A stretch of 63,914 nt of DNA, the filler included, from Octopus bimaculoides (lineage: Eukaryota): NCBI RefSeq assembly GCF_001194135.2. It is 8 parts of 7 records of this genome, joined end to end, with 100 filler letters (N's around TTAATTAATTAA, not from the genome) between each part and the next. Parts side by side here need not be neighbours in the genome. Positions count along the whole stretch, not along the records: positions 25,161 to 28,385 come from NC_068981.1; positions 28,486 to 43,150 come from NC_068985.1; 6 more parts are not named here. One strand, 5' to 3'. The notes under the pieces were generated by a model. That model saw only the letters and a program-made list of their open reading frames with translations, searched no databases and had not been told where the DNA came from. Positions 25,199 to 38,713 of the stretch are shown one piece after another (positions within the stretch are counted from its first letter, which is position 1; every line of letters begins with the position of its first letter). A program made the translations under genes and the position numbers.

Positions 25199-26146
25199 CC
25201 AAAAAGCGAAACTAGACGGGCAGGAAAACTAGAACGGAACATTCGTGGCTTTCTATTCATCAGTCAAGCTTCCAATCATCTTTACAGTTCCGGTCTGTTA
25301 CACTTGATATTATTCAAAATTGGTAGGCCACAAAAGTCTAAGCTAAGCGCATTAAATTTTTGGAAGAAAGTGAGCGAATGTGTGCGACAACACGGACAAA
25401 AAAAAAAAAACGAGAAAATGTTACCCGATTACAAATACAAACACAAGAATAACAATAAGTGTCTTTCGACTAAAAGGACAAGTTAAGTTGAGCTGGCGCG
25501 TGAAGTGGAAGCCTTATATATAGATATAATCGTATTATATCATATTATATTGTATTTCTACACGTGGAATATTATCTAATATATGTAAATAGGATTTGAA
25601 AATATTTGGATTTATCTTTTATTTCGTATCTTTTAACTTTTATTTGTTTCAAATATTGGACTGCGGCCAATTTGTTTTATAAGTCTGTCATTTATTTTAT
25701 CAGTTTCTTTTGCCGAAATGCTAAGCGCCAGGGACATAAGCTTACAACGGTTGTCAAGCAGTAGGGGGGAAAACATAAACCCAAAGACACATACACAGGT
25801 ACATCCCCCCACACACATGCACACACGCAAACACCACACCATACGGGCGCTCATTATTACATACAGGATGGAATTCCACACCGTTTCTGTATATCAAATT
25901 CATAAGGTAATGGTCGGCCCAGAGCTAAGGTAGAGTACACATGCCCAACGGGCTGTGCAGTGGAACTGAACTCGTAACCAAGTGGGTGCAAAGTGAGCTT
26001 CTTAATCACACAGCAATGCTTGGAATTAAACTAAAAGTTCTTGGGAATACTTTAATTTTGTTTATAATTTCTTATAAATTGCAGCAAAATATTCCAAACG
26101 TAGCATGTACACCACTTCTTCTGCTGTTCCATATTTGTTTGTTTAA

Positions 26147-26366
26147 CCTCTTAGCTTTCAGATTACTCTGCTAAACGTTATTCTCGTGTATTCACGTTAT
26201 TTAGAATTTATGATGCATCATCTCGAAGCTTCGAGATTTCTATGATGGGACAGTCAATTTTTATAATGATATTGTAGGGTTGTTGTGAGAGGCCACATCT
26301 GGTAAGTTTAAACATAAAATAGGTGGAATATTTGGGCCAAATATGGCCGGTTTAAATGCTAAAGGG
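26147..26366. mobile_element. piggyBac-like MITE
   Basis: TTAA on both sides (26143-26146, 26367-26370). Short TIRs CCTCTTAGC and GCTAAAGGG. No ORF. Confidence 0.6.
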
Positions 26367-26656
26367 TTAAATTCTTTTAAAGTTATATTTATTTGAAAGA
26401 ACTTGGAGAATAGTCTGCACGGCGGGAAAAATGCCCAGCTATATTTCTTCCGGCTTATTACGATTTGAGATCAAATCTCGCCTCAGTTTCAGGATTGATA
26501 AAATAAGTACCTGTTAAGCACTAGGGTCAGTTTACACACTTCGTTAAAATTACTGGCCTTTGGCCAAAATTAAGGAATTATTGGAAAGGTATGAACTACG
26601 AGAGTTGCAGTTATAACAGAACTGATGGAAAATCTTGTATGGGGATGAACCGACAC

Positions 26657-26712
<56 letters not shown>

Positions 26713-26737
26713 AGCATAAGAAATGCANNNNNNNNNN

Positions 26738-26790
<53 letters not shown>

Positions 26791-27529
26791 AGCATAAGAA
26801 ATGCATGAAAAGGTGTGATGGTGCGTACGTGCATGTGTGTTTTGTATTTGTGCGTGTGGGAGTGAAATGCGATGTATTGATTAAGATCTGAATAAAACTA
26901 GCCAGGTGAGAGAATCAATGGCTATTGTTGGTTGAAAAGGAAGACCAAACATTGGGGGGAGAACCGAATAAAGCGTTTCAAAGAATAGAACGGAGATTAT
27001 GTCTGAATAAAATTCTTGTTTAATTAACTGATGTTTATCCTATAGGTATAGACGAAAATTAATGTATGAAGACATAACTAAAATGTGTAACGTTCCTGTG
27101 ATGAAGTTGATATCTGAAAGAACACAATAAGCACGTAGATAAAGGTAGATAAATATCACCATTAAAGCGAATACAATAACGCCAAACATGTTTTATATAA
27201 GGTTTAAAGATTTATAAATGCCAAGATATAATAAGAGATATAAGCGGTTCTCCTTAACAACGTAATGGAATTTTAAATCTATGATATTATTTTCGATTGA
27301 TTTATCGATTAATATTTCTGATTAATCGATAAGTTTATATAAGGGACTTTATTTATAAGTTTAAAGTAAATTTCACATACGCTCTTACAATTTTACAATA
27401 TCTTCGTGAATCGATAATATAGTATAATCGTATCATATACGCGTTATCGATCACTGCATATACATACACCTCAACGCTCAGAACCCAAAATTATATAGGA
27501 CATATATTACACGCAAATATATATGTTTA

Positions 27530-27571
<42 letters not shown>

Positions 27572-27709
27572 TTGTCTATCTGTTTGTCTGCCTGATGTAT
27601 GAATGTATATGAATATGTATGTATATTTCTCTCCCTGTTACACACACACACACGCACACACACTCACACACACTCACACACACACACACATACATATGTA
27701 TATATACGA

Positions 27710-27900
27710 TACGATTGAACGTTGACTGAACACTATTCAATTTTTTTTCTCCGTGTTTTTCTCCTTGTCTCCGTATTCTTTCTGTTGAAGAGCGTAGCTC
27801 GAAACGTCAAAGACTTTCCGTATTCCCGAGCGTCATACTAATATATACTTTTGTTATTTACACCACCTGTCCTCGTCTGTTGTTATTATTTGTATATTCT
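27710..27900 (+). mobile_element. Probable Penelope-like element terminal-repeat fragment
   Basis: Inferred from the embedded minimal hammerhead motif, which is typical of Penelope pseudo-LTRs. No RT ORF nearby. Confidence 0.45.
27777..27813 (+). ncRNA. Minimal type-I hammerhead ribozyme motif (A6U variant)
   Basis: TCTTT-CTGTTGA-A-GAGC(GTA)GCTC-GAAA-C-GTC-AAAGA: 5-bp helix I, 4-bp helix II, palindromic ACGT helix III, GUC cleavage triplet. Confidence 0.6.
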
Positions 27901-28303
27901 CCCATATATACATACATACATATATATCTATATATATATATATTTATATATGTAGATGATATATTTGTGTGTGTGTATAATGCATATATATATACACACA
28001 TTCTGTAAATAGTAATAATATTTTATAAGCTCAGAGTTTTGAAAGGAATGTGACACCACAACGGCAAAGTATATTGCAAAGAGGGTGGGTGCATCAATGA
28101 ATATACACATTCAATCATACAAACACACACTCATAAACACACACACACATATATAACGAAAGAAAGAAGCACTCAACATATTTGGTTGGAGTTACATATA
28201 TTTAATAACATTTTAACACAGCTCTTCATTACTTTTAGTTTCTTAGGTGCAGGAAACATCCTCATTATCAGTTGTTCAGAGACATTTGAAGCAAGGAGAA
28301 CCC

Positions 28304-28348
<45 letters not shown>

Positions 28349-28385
28349 ACGCGCGCGTGTGTATGTATATATATATATATATATA

Positions 28386-28485
28386 NNNNNNNNNNNNNNN
28401 NNNNNNNNNNNNNNNNNNNNNNNNNNNNNTTAATTAATTAANNNNNNNNNNNNNNNNNNNNNNNNNNNNNNNNNNNNNNNNNNNN
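28386..28485. other. Artificial scaffold join
   Basis: 44 N + TTAATTAATTAA + 44 N. Confidence 0.95.
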
Positions 28486-28769
28486 AAATGGCTGAAGTCC
28501 AAAAGATAGTGCTCATGGGAACTGCCCATATCCTACGTAAAATACTGTCTATGTGATCTCAAATTTTAAAGCAAACATAATTTTCTTATGGTTTCTTAAA
28601 CATTCACTTGAACAAAACTGTACAAATCCAAATATATGGTACCCTAGGCATAACACCTACATGAACTTCTAACTTGTTGTCTCTTGAGGTCTCTGGGTGA
28701 GACTTGGATCCAACTTGTACAAATGCAAAACAAAAGTCAAACATAAAATAATAATAATAATAATAATAA
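28486..28769 (+). mobile_element. Dong/R4-clade LINE 3' end with (AAT)n tail
   Basis: MAEVQKIVLMGTAHILRKILSM* (C-terminus of an RLE-type LINE ORF), 3'UTR, then (AAT)n at 28747-28769. A near-identical inverted copy lies at 63565-63914. Confidence 0.85.
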
Positions 28770-28776
28770 CAATAAC

Positions 28777-30350
28777 ATCTGGGGGCAAGAAGTTTCCCAC
28801 AACCACGGTACTGAGTGGATTCATTCCGTAAGATCCGAACTCTGCCTCCTGGAGATTACACGACAGGACCATGTACGCATAACAACGGAAGATGTCATTG
28901 CACAGGTAGCAAAACTGCCAAACTGGAAAGCCGCAGGACCTGACTGAATTCAAGGCTAGTAACTCAAATGGTTTAGGTCAACACACAAGAGAATTGCGTT
29001 GCAATTAGGCAATTGCTTACAGAGTGGTGTAGTTCCGGAGTGGACGGTAGAGGGAAAAACAACATTGTTAATGAAAGATCGGTCAAAGAGCAATGAAGTT
29101 GGCAATTACTTGTCTTAACCTCCTGTGGAAAATATTAGCAGGTACCCTCGCGGGGACCCTATATACGTTCCTTGCAGAAAACAATCTTCTGCCAGTAGAA
29201 CAAAAGGGAGGCCGAGAAGGATCCAAAGGCAATAAGGACCACCTTGTGATAGACAAGGTTATAATGAAGAACTGTAAACAGTACCAAAAAAACTTATGTA
29301 TGGTCTGAGTATACTTCAAAAAGGACTACGACATGTTGCTGCATTCGTGAGCTTTGGAAACACTCGACATGTGTAGACTAGCTGAGAACGTGTGTGCACT
29401 GATTAAGAACAGCATGCCTAGTTGGAAAAAGAAGTCTTTCATGTAACAGCCAGCACTTAGCCGAGGTAACAATCAAAAGAGGTATCTTCCAGGGAGACTC
29501 TTGTTCACCTCTGTTATTTGATATACCCTTGATCCCACTTTCTGTAGCCCGACGCAAAGTCAACGCACACTATGAGCTGAGGAAAAATGGACCTCATCTC
29601 AACCACCTTCTCTTAATGGATGGTTTAACACTGTTCGCAGAAACAGAGCCTGAAATGGAGAGGCTGGTTGAGAATGTGCAAATGTGCAGCAAGGATATAG
29701 GGATGGAGTTCGGTATCTTGAAGTGTGCGGTGCTTACTTTGAAACGGGGGAAAAGAGTAAATTTTAGGGGCATAGAATTGCCAAACGGAGAGAGAATGGA
29801 AGACCCGGATGATGATGGGTGCAAGTAGCTTGGGATCCTGAAGCTGGATAATATCTTGCATTAAGAAATGAAAGACAGAAATGAAAGGCATATTTCAAAC
29901 GCCTTAAACCTCTCTTGAAATCAAAATTCAACTCAAGGAACCTTGTGACTGCCATCAACATATGGGCGGTTGCTGTAGGCCGCTATAGTGCATCCATCCT
30001 GAAATGGACACAGGCGGAGATTAACCAACTCGACCGCACTACACGAAAAACAATGACAATGTATGGTGCCCTCCACCCTAAGATGAATGTACATAGGCTC
30101 TACATGAAGAGGGGTAAAGGTGGGCGTGGGCTGATTAGCGTACGGGAGTGCATCAACAGTGAAAGAAGAAACATGACAGAATATTTGGTAAACAGCAAAC
30201 AAGACCTGCTACAGTATGCTGCTAATGCAGAAGGATTTAACAAAAATGGACTTGAGAGTGCTCATGAATTCCAATCAAGAACAGCCATCGAGAGAGAAGA
30301 ATCCCTACTCCGCATGGAATTATATGGTCGGCTCCACCGTGAAGCCAACA
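28777..30350 (+). pseudogene. Dong/R4-clade LINE reverse transcriptase remnant
   Basis: Motifs NWKAAGPD, ITCLNLLWKIL, LPVEQKG, KDHLVIDK, NHLLLMDGLTLFA, FGILKCA, NSRNLVTAINIWA, RLYMKRGKGGRGL, broken by stops and frameshifts. Confidence 0.9.
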
Positions 30351-30526
30351 AATTAAAAGAGAATAGTACTCTTCTTTTAATTTTGACTCTATATCTTCTG
30401 AAGGAGTTACTTCAATCCTTTATATATTAACCAAAATGAAATAGATTGACAAAATTATTTTTTTAACCTGTGAAGACACACGAGATGTCGAAATATCGTT
30501 CACTAGATGACAATGGCACTCTTCTT

Positions 30527-30527
<1 letters not shown>

Positions 30528-30603
<76 letters not shown>
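30528..30603. repeat. (AAT)n microsatellite
   Basis: Read directly from the sequence. Confidence 0.95.
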
Positions 30604-30604
<1 letters not shown>

Positions 30605-30692
30605 GTAAAAACAACAAGAATAACAAGAACATCAACAATAACAACAACAACAAGATCAATAGTATATTCATATTTCTTTCACTCTTTTTCAG

Positions 30693-30722
30693 ATCCTCAA
30701 ATGTTTGCCAAAATTGGTGACG
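30693..30722 (+). CDS. Candidate 30-nt microexon of an unidentified gene
   Basis: Acceptor TTTCTTTCACTCTTTTTCAG and donor G|GTGAGT. Phase 1-1 reading gives DPQMFAKIGD; phase 0 gives ILKCLPKLVT. No homology recognised. Confidence 0.4.
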
Positions 30723-31144
30723 GTGAGTTTTTGATTTGTTTTTTAATTTGCGTTGTTTTTTTTTCTTCTTTTCGTATTTTTACCAGAAGTGGGGCCTGTA
30801 TGTTATTGTTGTTTTTTTCTTATCTTATATGTATTTAATGAAGTGAAATATGAATAGTTTTCATTTAACACCTTCGATATTGATGAATGTTTTTCAAATT
30901 ATTTCTGAGATTTACAGGACTAAATTCTTTCATTATTCTTTTGCTAGTTTCAATCTTTGGTTTCCGGTAGCCGTGTTGTGGCCCGGATTTCGAGTGTTTT
31001 GTAGAGTGTTTTGTAGAGTATAACGAACCCCAATACGATACAATTCTATGCATACATGTACATATATGTAAATTTATAGGTATGAGTTTATATATGTGTA
31101 TACAGTCAGACAGACAAGCAGGCAGACGGATAGACGGGCGGGCG

Positions 31145-31234
31145 GACAGACAGAGGAGCAGACAGTCAAACAGATAGAGAAGCAGAGAGCCAGACAAACA
31201 GACAGACAGACAGACAGACAATCGGACAGGCAGG

Positions 31235-31265
<31 letters not shown>

Positions 31266-31474
31266 GTAGGCAGACAGGTAGACAGATAGATAGGTAGGTA
31301 GGTAGGTAGGTAGGTAAAGAGGTAGGTAGGTAGGTAGGTAGGTAGGTAGGTAGGTAGGTAGGTAGGTAGGTAGGCAAGTAGATAGGTAGATAGGTAAGTA
31401 AGTAGGTAGATAGATAGATATATAGATAGATATATAGATAGATATATAGATAGATATATAGATACATACATACA

Positions 31475-31508
<34 letters not shown>

Positions 31509-31530
31509 CATACATACATACATACATACG
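31145..31530. repeat. Compound tetranucleotide microsatellite (GACA, GGTA, GATA, CATA)
   Basis: Read directly from the sequence. Confidence 0.95.
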
Positions 31531-32140
31531 ACGAATTACCACTCAATTACTGTCCAACAAATATCATCGCAAGGCAAGTATTGGTCTTTATGAGACTCTG
31601 ATAGAAGACATTTGCTCAGAGTGCTACACAGAGGGTTCGAAACTTGATCCACGTGATTGCGATGCGAACATCTTAACCATATAGGCATGCCTAATCCCAT
31701 GGAGATATATATACATATATATTCCAGAATATTCTCAATTACACCCTTTAATATATATATATATATATATATATATTGCTGTAGTGTGAGCGTGTTGTAG
31801 TATCTATGAACGAGAAAAACTATAATATAAGTATGTAATTGTTGTTGTTTAGTTCAAGGTTAATTCTGGCGAAGTAGATCGATAAGATGATCGGCTTAGA
31901 TGGATCAATAGAACGTCGGACAAAATTCCTAATGATATTTAATAATGACATTTTAGCATCTGACTTCAAATCCTTCCGAGGTCGAGAAAGTAAGGCCCAA
32001 GTCAAGTACTGGGGTTCGATATATAAAACTCCTGTACTGCATTTTGGATTAAACGAAGACAACTCAAAATATTCTAGTTGTGACCGTCTGGTTCCCTCGG
32101 CCTACGTTAACTAATGTGTTCTGAGTTATTTTCTAAGCTG

Positions 32141-33563
32141 TCAGGTCATCCCATAAGTTCTGTCCGAATTTTGAATAAAGAAAACAAGTGATCAAATGTT
32201 ATATTTAATTGAAATTTAATCATCAATGTACTTTCCCTGATTATTTATGATTTCCTTCCATTATTTACAAGCTTTTTAATCCCATCAATGTAAAACTCAT
32301 TTGGTTTCAAAGCGAAGAACTCTGAAATGTCAGTTTCGACCTCCTCCTGGCTTGCGAAAGTTATGTCCCCCAAATGATTCTGTTAACTACGAAACAAATG
32401 GTAGTTTAAAGGAGCAAGCTCGGGAGAATAAGGTGGATGAGGATTTTTTTTCCCAACCAAGCTCTTCGATCTTCTGTGATGTGATCTTTGCAGTGTGGGG
32501 TCGCGCATTGTCCTGATGAAATATCACTCCTTTTCGGTTCACTAAAGCGGGTCTTTTTTTCTTCAAAGCTTGGTTCAAACGCTCTAATTGCTGACAGTAG
32601 ACTTGAGCATTGATTATCGCATTAGGTGGTAACAATTCAAAGTGAATTACTCCTTTGTAATCCCACCAGAAGAACCATTTTCCCATGAAGTTCCCTTCTC
32701 GGTTGTGGTTGAGCGTTTTCCCTTTTACCAAGGCACTGTTTACACCGTTTAACATTTCGATAGAAGATCCATTTTTCGTCACCAGTTACAAGTCTATCCA
32801 AAAAGGGTGAAATGAGTTCGCGAGAATGGAGAGAAGAGCAGATGTCAACTTCGGGATTTGCGGTTGCTTTCGGACAATTCATGAGGCATCCATTTTCCAA
32901 GTTTAGGAACCTTTCCAAGTTGTTGAAGATGACGATGAACAGTTGTATGGTTCGAACTAAGCTTTATTTCCAATTCTTCAACTGATAATGCAGGAGTTTC
33001 TTCAAGTAATGCCTCAAGGAGCTTATCATCAAACTCAACTGGACGTCCTGTTCGATCTTCATCCTCAANNNNNNNNNNNNNNNNNNNNNNNNNNNNNNNN
33101 NNNNNNNNNNNNNNNNNNNNNNNNNNNNNNNNNNNNNNNNNNNNNNNNNNNNNNNNNNNNNNNNNNNNNNNNNNNNNNNNNNNNNNNNNNNNNNNNNNNN
33201 NNNNNNNNNNNNNNNNNNNNNNNNNNNNNNNNNNNNNNNNNNNNNNNNNNNNNNNNNNNNNNNNNNNNNNNNNNNNNNNNNNNNNNNNNNNNNNNNNNNN
33301 NNNNNNNNNNNNNNNNNNNNNNNNNNNNNNNNNNNNNNNNNNNNNNNNNNNNNNNNNNNNNNNNNNNNNNNNNNNNNNNNNNNNNNNNNNNNNNNNNNNN
33401 NNNNNNNNNNNNNNNNNNNNNNNNNNNNNNNNNNNNNNNNNNNNNNNNNNNNNNNNNNNNNNNNNNNNNNNNNNNNNNNNNNNNNNNNNNNNNNNNNNNN
33501 NNNNNNNNNNNNNNNNNNNNNNNNNNNNNNNNNNNNNNNNNNNNNNNNNNNNNNNNNNNNNNN

Positions 33564-33647
<84 letters not shown>

Positions 33648-33824
33648 AGGGTTTTAATCAAAGAAATTTTAATTCTATTATTCTGTAAAATAATATTTAA
33701 TTAGTTTAAATGTACACAAATGCATAAAAATAATTTTTAATTCCATTAGACATTCTAAAATACTATTAAATTTCATTCAATTTTTAAAAAGGTAAAATCG
33801 GACAGAACTTATTGGATGACCTGA
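32141..33824 (-). mobile_element. Decayed mariner transposon with both TIRs
   Basis: TIR TCAGGTCATCCCATAAGTTCTGTCCGAATTTT matches the reverse complement at 33794-33824, followed by TA. Transposase motifs LVTGDEKWIFY, WWDYKGVIHFELL and FHQDNARPHTA are frameshifted. Contains an N gap and (GAT)n. Confidence 0.9.
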
Positions 33825-34891
33825 TAATAGGGCTTGAAATTTAATGATTATATACAGGCACTTTAGGAGGCTTGTTTTCTGTTGTTGTTGTTTATCTCCA
33901 AACGTCCCTCATCGACGGGTAGATCTATAGTCAAGAATAATCCAGTATTGATAATATATATTGCTTTTTATCTTTCTACGTGGCTGCTTGACCTCGTAGA
34001 ACTAGTAGTCAAATCGCTTTCAAGTCACACCCTATTGTTTTTAAAAAATTCCATGACACTTTAGATACTGTAGGCTTAGATGCATCATGCCTGTAAAAAA
34101 ACGGTGGGTAATGTCTGGAATGCTTTTCATTATATGTCTGATCGATCAGAGCAGACCTGTAGACAAAAATACAGTAATAACAACAATCTTATAGAGATAA
34201 CTAATAATAATGATGGTAGAGCTTGCAGTTATACGACAAGCTGATGTATTCAATGGAGACGTAGTCTTTTCCTTGAATCATATCCAAGCGTCTTAAAAAA
34301 CTGAACGCATGAATAATGTAGTCTCGGGTTCAAAATGCCTGAAAAATACAGGACAAACATGGCTGAAATGAAGCATACAGCTATGCTTGAGCTTGCTACC
34401 TCTACACGATTAAGACTGTCCTGTGATTAAACAGCAACAACAACGTAAAGAACCTTCAGCGATTACACTCTTCTGCTACTACGTTAACTAGCCTTCACTC
34501 TTAAAGCAGTTACAAAATCACTAATTTACATCCATCAGTGGAGAGGCTGAGATTTTTAAATTAGAGATGAAATTCCGCTTCCAGCATGCACTGCCACCTA
34601 CACAACCCTCTATCTACGAAAATATTGTTGCATCTAGTATTTAGAGTCACTTTACATGATTATACAACATGACAACGATCTATCAGTGCTTCTGAACACT
34701 TCTGAATCGTTGTGTTTTGAGAGGAATGTGACTGCTATTTCTAGCAGATTGTGTGACCACGCAATTTCTTCCATTGTTTTGATGAATACATATTAGTAAT
34801 ATGCATGATGTATATATAAATATAATACGTGTGTATGTATGTGTGTGTTCGCCTCTGTGTGTGTGTATAAACAGATACATCAAATATATAA

Positions 34892-34922
<31 letters not shown>

Positions 34923-34948
34923 TATAACAAATATTTACATATCATTAT

Positions 34949-34994
<46 letters not shown>

Positions 34995-35470
34995 GCGTAT
35001 GTATGTATGTATTGGCACATAGCTAGCAATTTAGACAGATACGTACATACATGCTTACATATATACGCACAAACATACATACAGGCAGACAGACATGAAA
35101 TTAGAGGGAAACAATTTTGGTGACAGTTACAATAAGCTTTTAACGTCTTGCTACGACTTTGGAGGTTTATCTCCAAAATGGCTGTCATGGTGTAGTTGAT
35201 AATGTATGTCGTCTACTTGATAATGCATTAAAGACGTACACAATTTGATAGATAGAAATTAGTGGGGCGGGTTTGTAGAAAGTAAAGAGACGGAGTCGGG
35301 ACTAGGATGGGTGAAAGAAGTTGTCGGAGGAGGAGATTCTCAGGAGAAAGAGGAGGAGAAGAACAACAACAACAACAACAACAACAAGATGATGACGATT
35401 ATGATGATGATAATAATGATGATAAAAATCAGATTAAAATGTAAAGAGATGAAAAGCAAGAAACTATTTA

Positions 35471-35508
<38 letters not shown>

Positions 35509-36034
35509 TAACCATACATAGTATGTGAATATGTATGTATGTATGTATGAATGTATGCGTATGCATATATGAATATACATATGTATGTGAATCTATACAC
35601 ATGTGAGTGTAAGTGTGTATATATGTGTGTTTGTGTGTAAGTGTGTACATAAGTGCGTGTGTGTACTTATATGGTGTACGAATATATATATATATATATA
35701 TATAATATATATATACATATATATGTATGTATGTACGTATGTATGTATGTATATATATATATATATGTATGTATGTATGTACTCGCATGCACACTTATAT
35801 ATATGTACATGCATGAAAATATGTTTTCGTACAAAAGAAGATCAAATGTTGGAATGGTGATGTGAGAACGATTAGATGGAAAGGGAAAGAAAAAAAAATC
35901 TGTTGAAGGAATGGTGAGACATAAACAAGCAAAAATACTTTGAGCTGTCATCAACGGATGTGTTGTGACGAACAAGAAAAAGGGGGAGAAAACGATATTG
36001 CGTTGCACTAGCAGCAGTAAGAGCAGCAACAGTG

Positions 36035-36105
<71 letters not shown>
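36035..36105. repeat. (AGT)n microsatellite
   Basis: Read directly from the sequence. Confidence 0.95.
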
Positions 36106-36106
<1 letters not shown>

Positions 36107-36340
36107 TGATGATGATGGTGGTGGTGGTGGTGATGATATAGATGGCATCAAAAACAGGATTGTAAGATTCCAAACCGATGAAGAGGAAAGGTAGACGGCG
36201 GAGAATGATGGCGATCGGTATCGCCAAAATCATCATCGTCGTCGTGGTGTTCGTTATGATGATCAAGAGACACATCTGTGAGAAAGAATTAAAAAATGGG
36301 ATCAATAGAAGAGGTTCGATTTTCTTTTTTCTTTTTTTTC

Positions 36341-36373
<33 letters not shown>

Positions 36374-37907
36374 NNNNNNNNNNNNNNNNNNNNNNNNNNN
36401 NNNNNNNNNNNNNNNNNNNNNNNNNNNNNNNNNNNNNNNNNNNNNNNNNNNNNNNNNNNNNNNNNNNNNNNNNNNNNNNNNNNNNNNNNNNNNNNNNNNN
36501 NNNNNNNNNNNNNNNNNNNNNNNNNNNNNNNNNNNNNNNNNNNNNNNNNNNNNNNNNNNNNNNNNNNNNNNNNNNNNNNNNNNNNNNNNNNNNNNNNNNN
36601 NNNNNNNNNNNNNNNNNNNNNNNNNNNNNNNNNNNNNNNNNNNNNNNNNNNNNNNNNNNNNNNNNNNNNNNNNNNNNNNNNNNNNNNNNNNNNNNNNNNA
36701 GAAGAAGAAGAAGAAGAAGAAGAAGAAGAAGAAGAAGAAGAAGAAGAAGAATATTTCAAGTGACTTCGTTATGTGGTGTTTCACATAGATGCAAAGGTTA
36801 ATGTATGAGATGGAATAGATGGTGTCACAAAAATGCGGAAGCGGCATCGATATGGAAAGGATTGTCACTTAAAGGGCTTCGAAACATTAATATAAGAGAA
36901 CGAATTAAATGGCGGAAATTTTGCAGAGAATGAAAGAAGCGCAAGTAAAATATACCTTCTGATTATCTTTTAGCTTTTACTTGTTTCAGTCATTAGACTG
37001 CGGCCATGCTGGGGCACGTTGATGAAATTTAAACCATGTAAGCTGCAAAAAATTTTTTTTAAAGTGTAGAACGTTTCTCACCTAATGATGATCATTAAAC
37101 TCGAAACGTCGAATGGTGAAGAAAAAGGAGAACCCTCCGGGCGGTGCTCCAGCATGTCGCAGTTCTATGATTGAACCTTCAAAAAAAGAAAATATGATCA
37201 TAACAAAGTGGTTTGAACGCCAAGAGAATCTTTCCAGAGGTGACCCGTTTAGCACCAATCAATAGTATTATGTTGTTTGATAGCGAAAGTAAAGTGTTCA
37301 TTGTAAAGCCACATCAAGCTCCAGTACTTGTTGTAATGTGGTAGCCTTCGTGCTTCAATACCTCTGAGAACTATGCCAGAAGAGTACCTGCTCCCGGTAG
37401 AGCCTCCCACGCTGGACAGGTAAAAAGGATAGAGTTCAGACTAATATGGGCCACTTCTTCCCAAAAATAAAAATGAGTTTACGTTGGATCAACCCTTAAC
37501 TAGAAAAAAGGGTAAAGTTGCTGAAGCAGCGATGACAATTCAAAGCCAACAAGATCTGGAAGAAGACCTTTGACAGCCCGGAGCCGAGAACAGTGAGAAA
37601 AAAGTCATCGATTGTTCCATAAGGAGCGAAGGGCTTAAGTAAATATTCAGTGTGATGCGTCTCCTATCAAATTCGTGTGTGTCAATAGTTACGTTACTGT
37701 TAACCAATTTAATATAGATAATTCAGTTAACCCGAACGGTGCACTGGTTTCTTCTCCATGCCTTTCCTACTGTAACTATAATGGCCTCTGCACCTTAGAT
37801 TTAGCCGGCTGGCTGGTTGGCTGGCTGGCCTCATGCCACTGCCAGCCATGCAGTTCCGACCCACTCGCTTTTCGCCTTTCATTTCCATTGTTGTATCCAA
37901 GGTTGTG

Positions 37908-37976
<69 letters not shown>

Positions 37977-38323
37977 GTTAGTGTTAGCATATATAATGCA
38001 TAGAACCTTAAAAGTCTAAAAGGAAATAAATATGCGGTGAGGAGAAGCAATAATAGACAACTCTGGACATGTTTCGACTTTGTTCTGTTCATTAACAAAC
38101 AGAGCCTACGCCGTTCTTGCTGAAATAATGATTAGTGAGTCAGTCAGTACAACGTTCTTCAGTTGAGCTATTTCTTATTCCTCCAAAGTACTTTAAATGA
38201 TTTCTACCATAGAAACGAGTTCATGAATGAGAACAATAAAACAAAGTGTGCTTGCTAGATACAGGCTTTTATCAGTTTCAGCCATTGGACTACAGTCATG
38301 CAGTGGCATAGCCTTCACACATA

Positions 38324-38374
<51 letters not shown>

Positions 38375-38713
38375 AATATATATGCATGTATATGTATATG
38401 TATGCCTGTGTGTAAAATATATATATGGTTATATATGTATGTTTAAATATGCATGCATTAAGAATGTGTATGTTAATATAGATAAAGCGCGTAACGATGA
38501 CAATGAAATCTTTATTACAATGAAAAGACACATTTAATATAGAAAATATACACCATTAAAATGTTGGGTGTTTTCACTGCAATTAGACTATTTTTGGTTA
38601 TCTGTTCCTCTGTTTGCTATGTAAGTTTCTTCCATACCTATACACTTAAAAATCAGGAATAAAAACATATCCGCTGTACAATTTCTATCGACGTTGAGTT
38701 ACTGTTCTTTCAG

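Noticed and set aside
27302-27333. 12-bp-stem hairpins (also ~60353-60381)
   Set aside because: AT-rich short palindromes expected by chance at this composition.
31887-32114. 75-aa ORF as an exon
   Set aside because: Overlaps a decayed SINE family A core (TCCTTCCGAGGTCGA...GTACTGGGGTTCGAT).
35667-36305. 212-aa hydrophobic ORF resembling a membrane protein
   Set aside because: Poly-Leu/Ile comes from (AGT)n and (GAT)n repeats.
37230-37700. Possible RTE-type LINE 5'UTR on the minus strand
   Set aside because: Faint resemblance only; no adjoining ORF to confirm.
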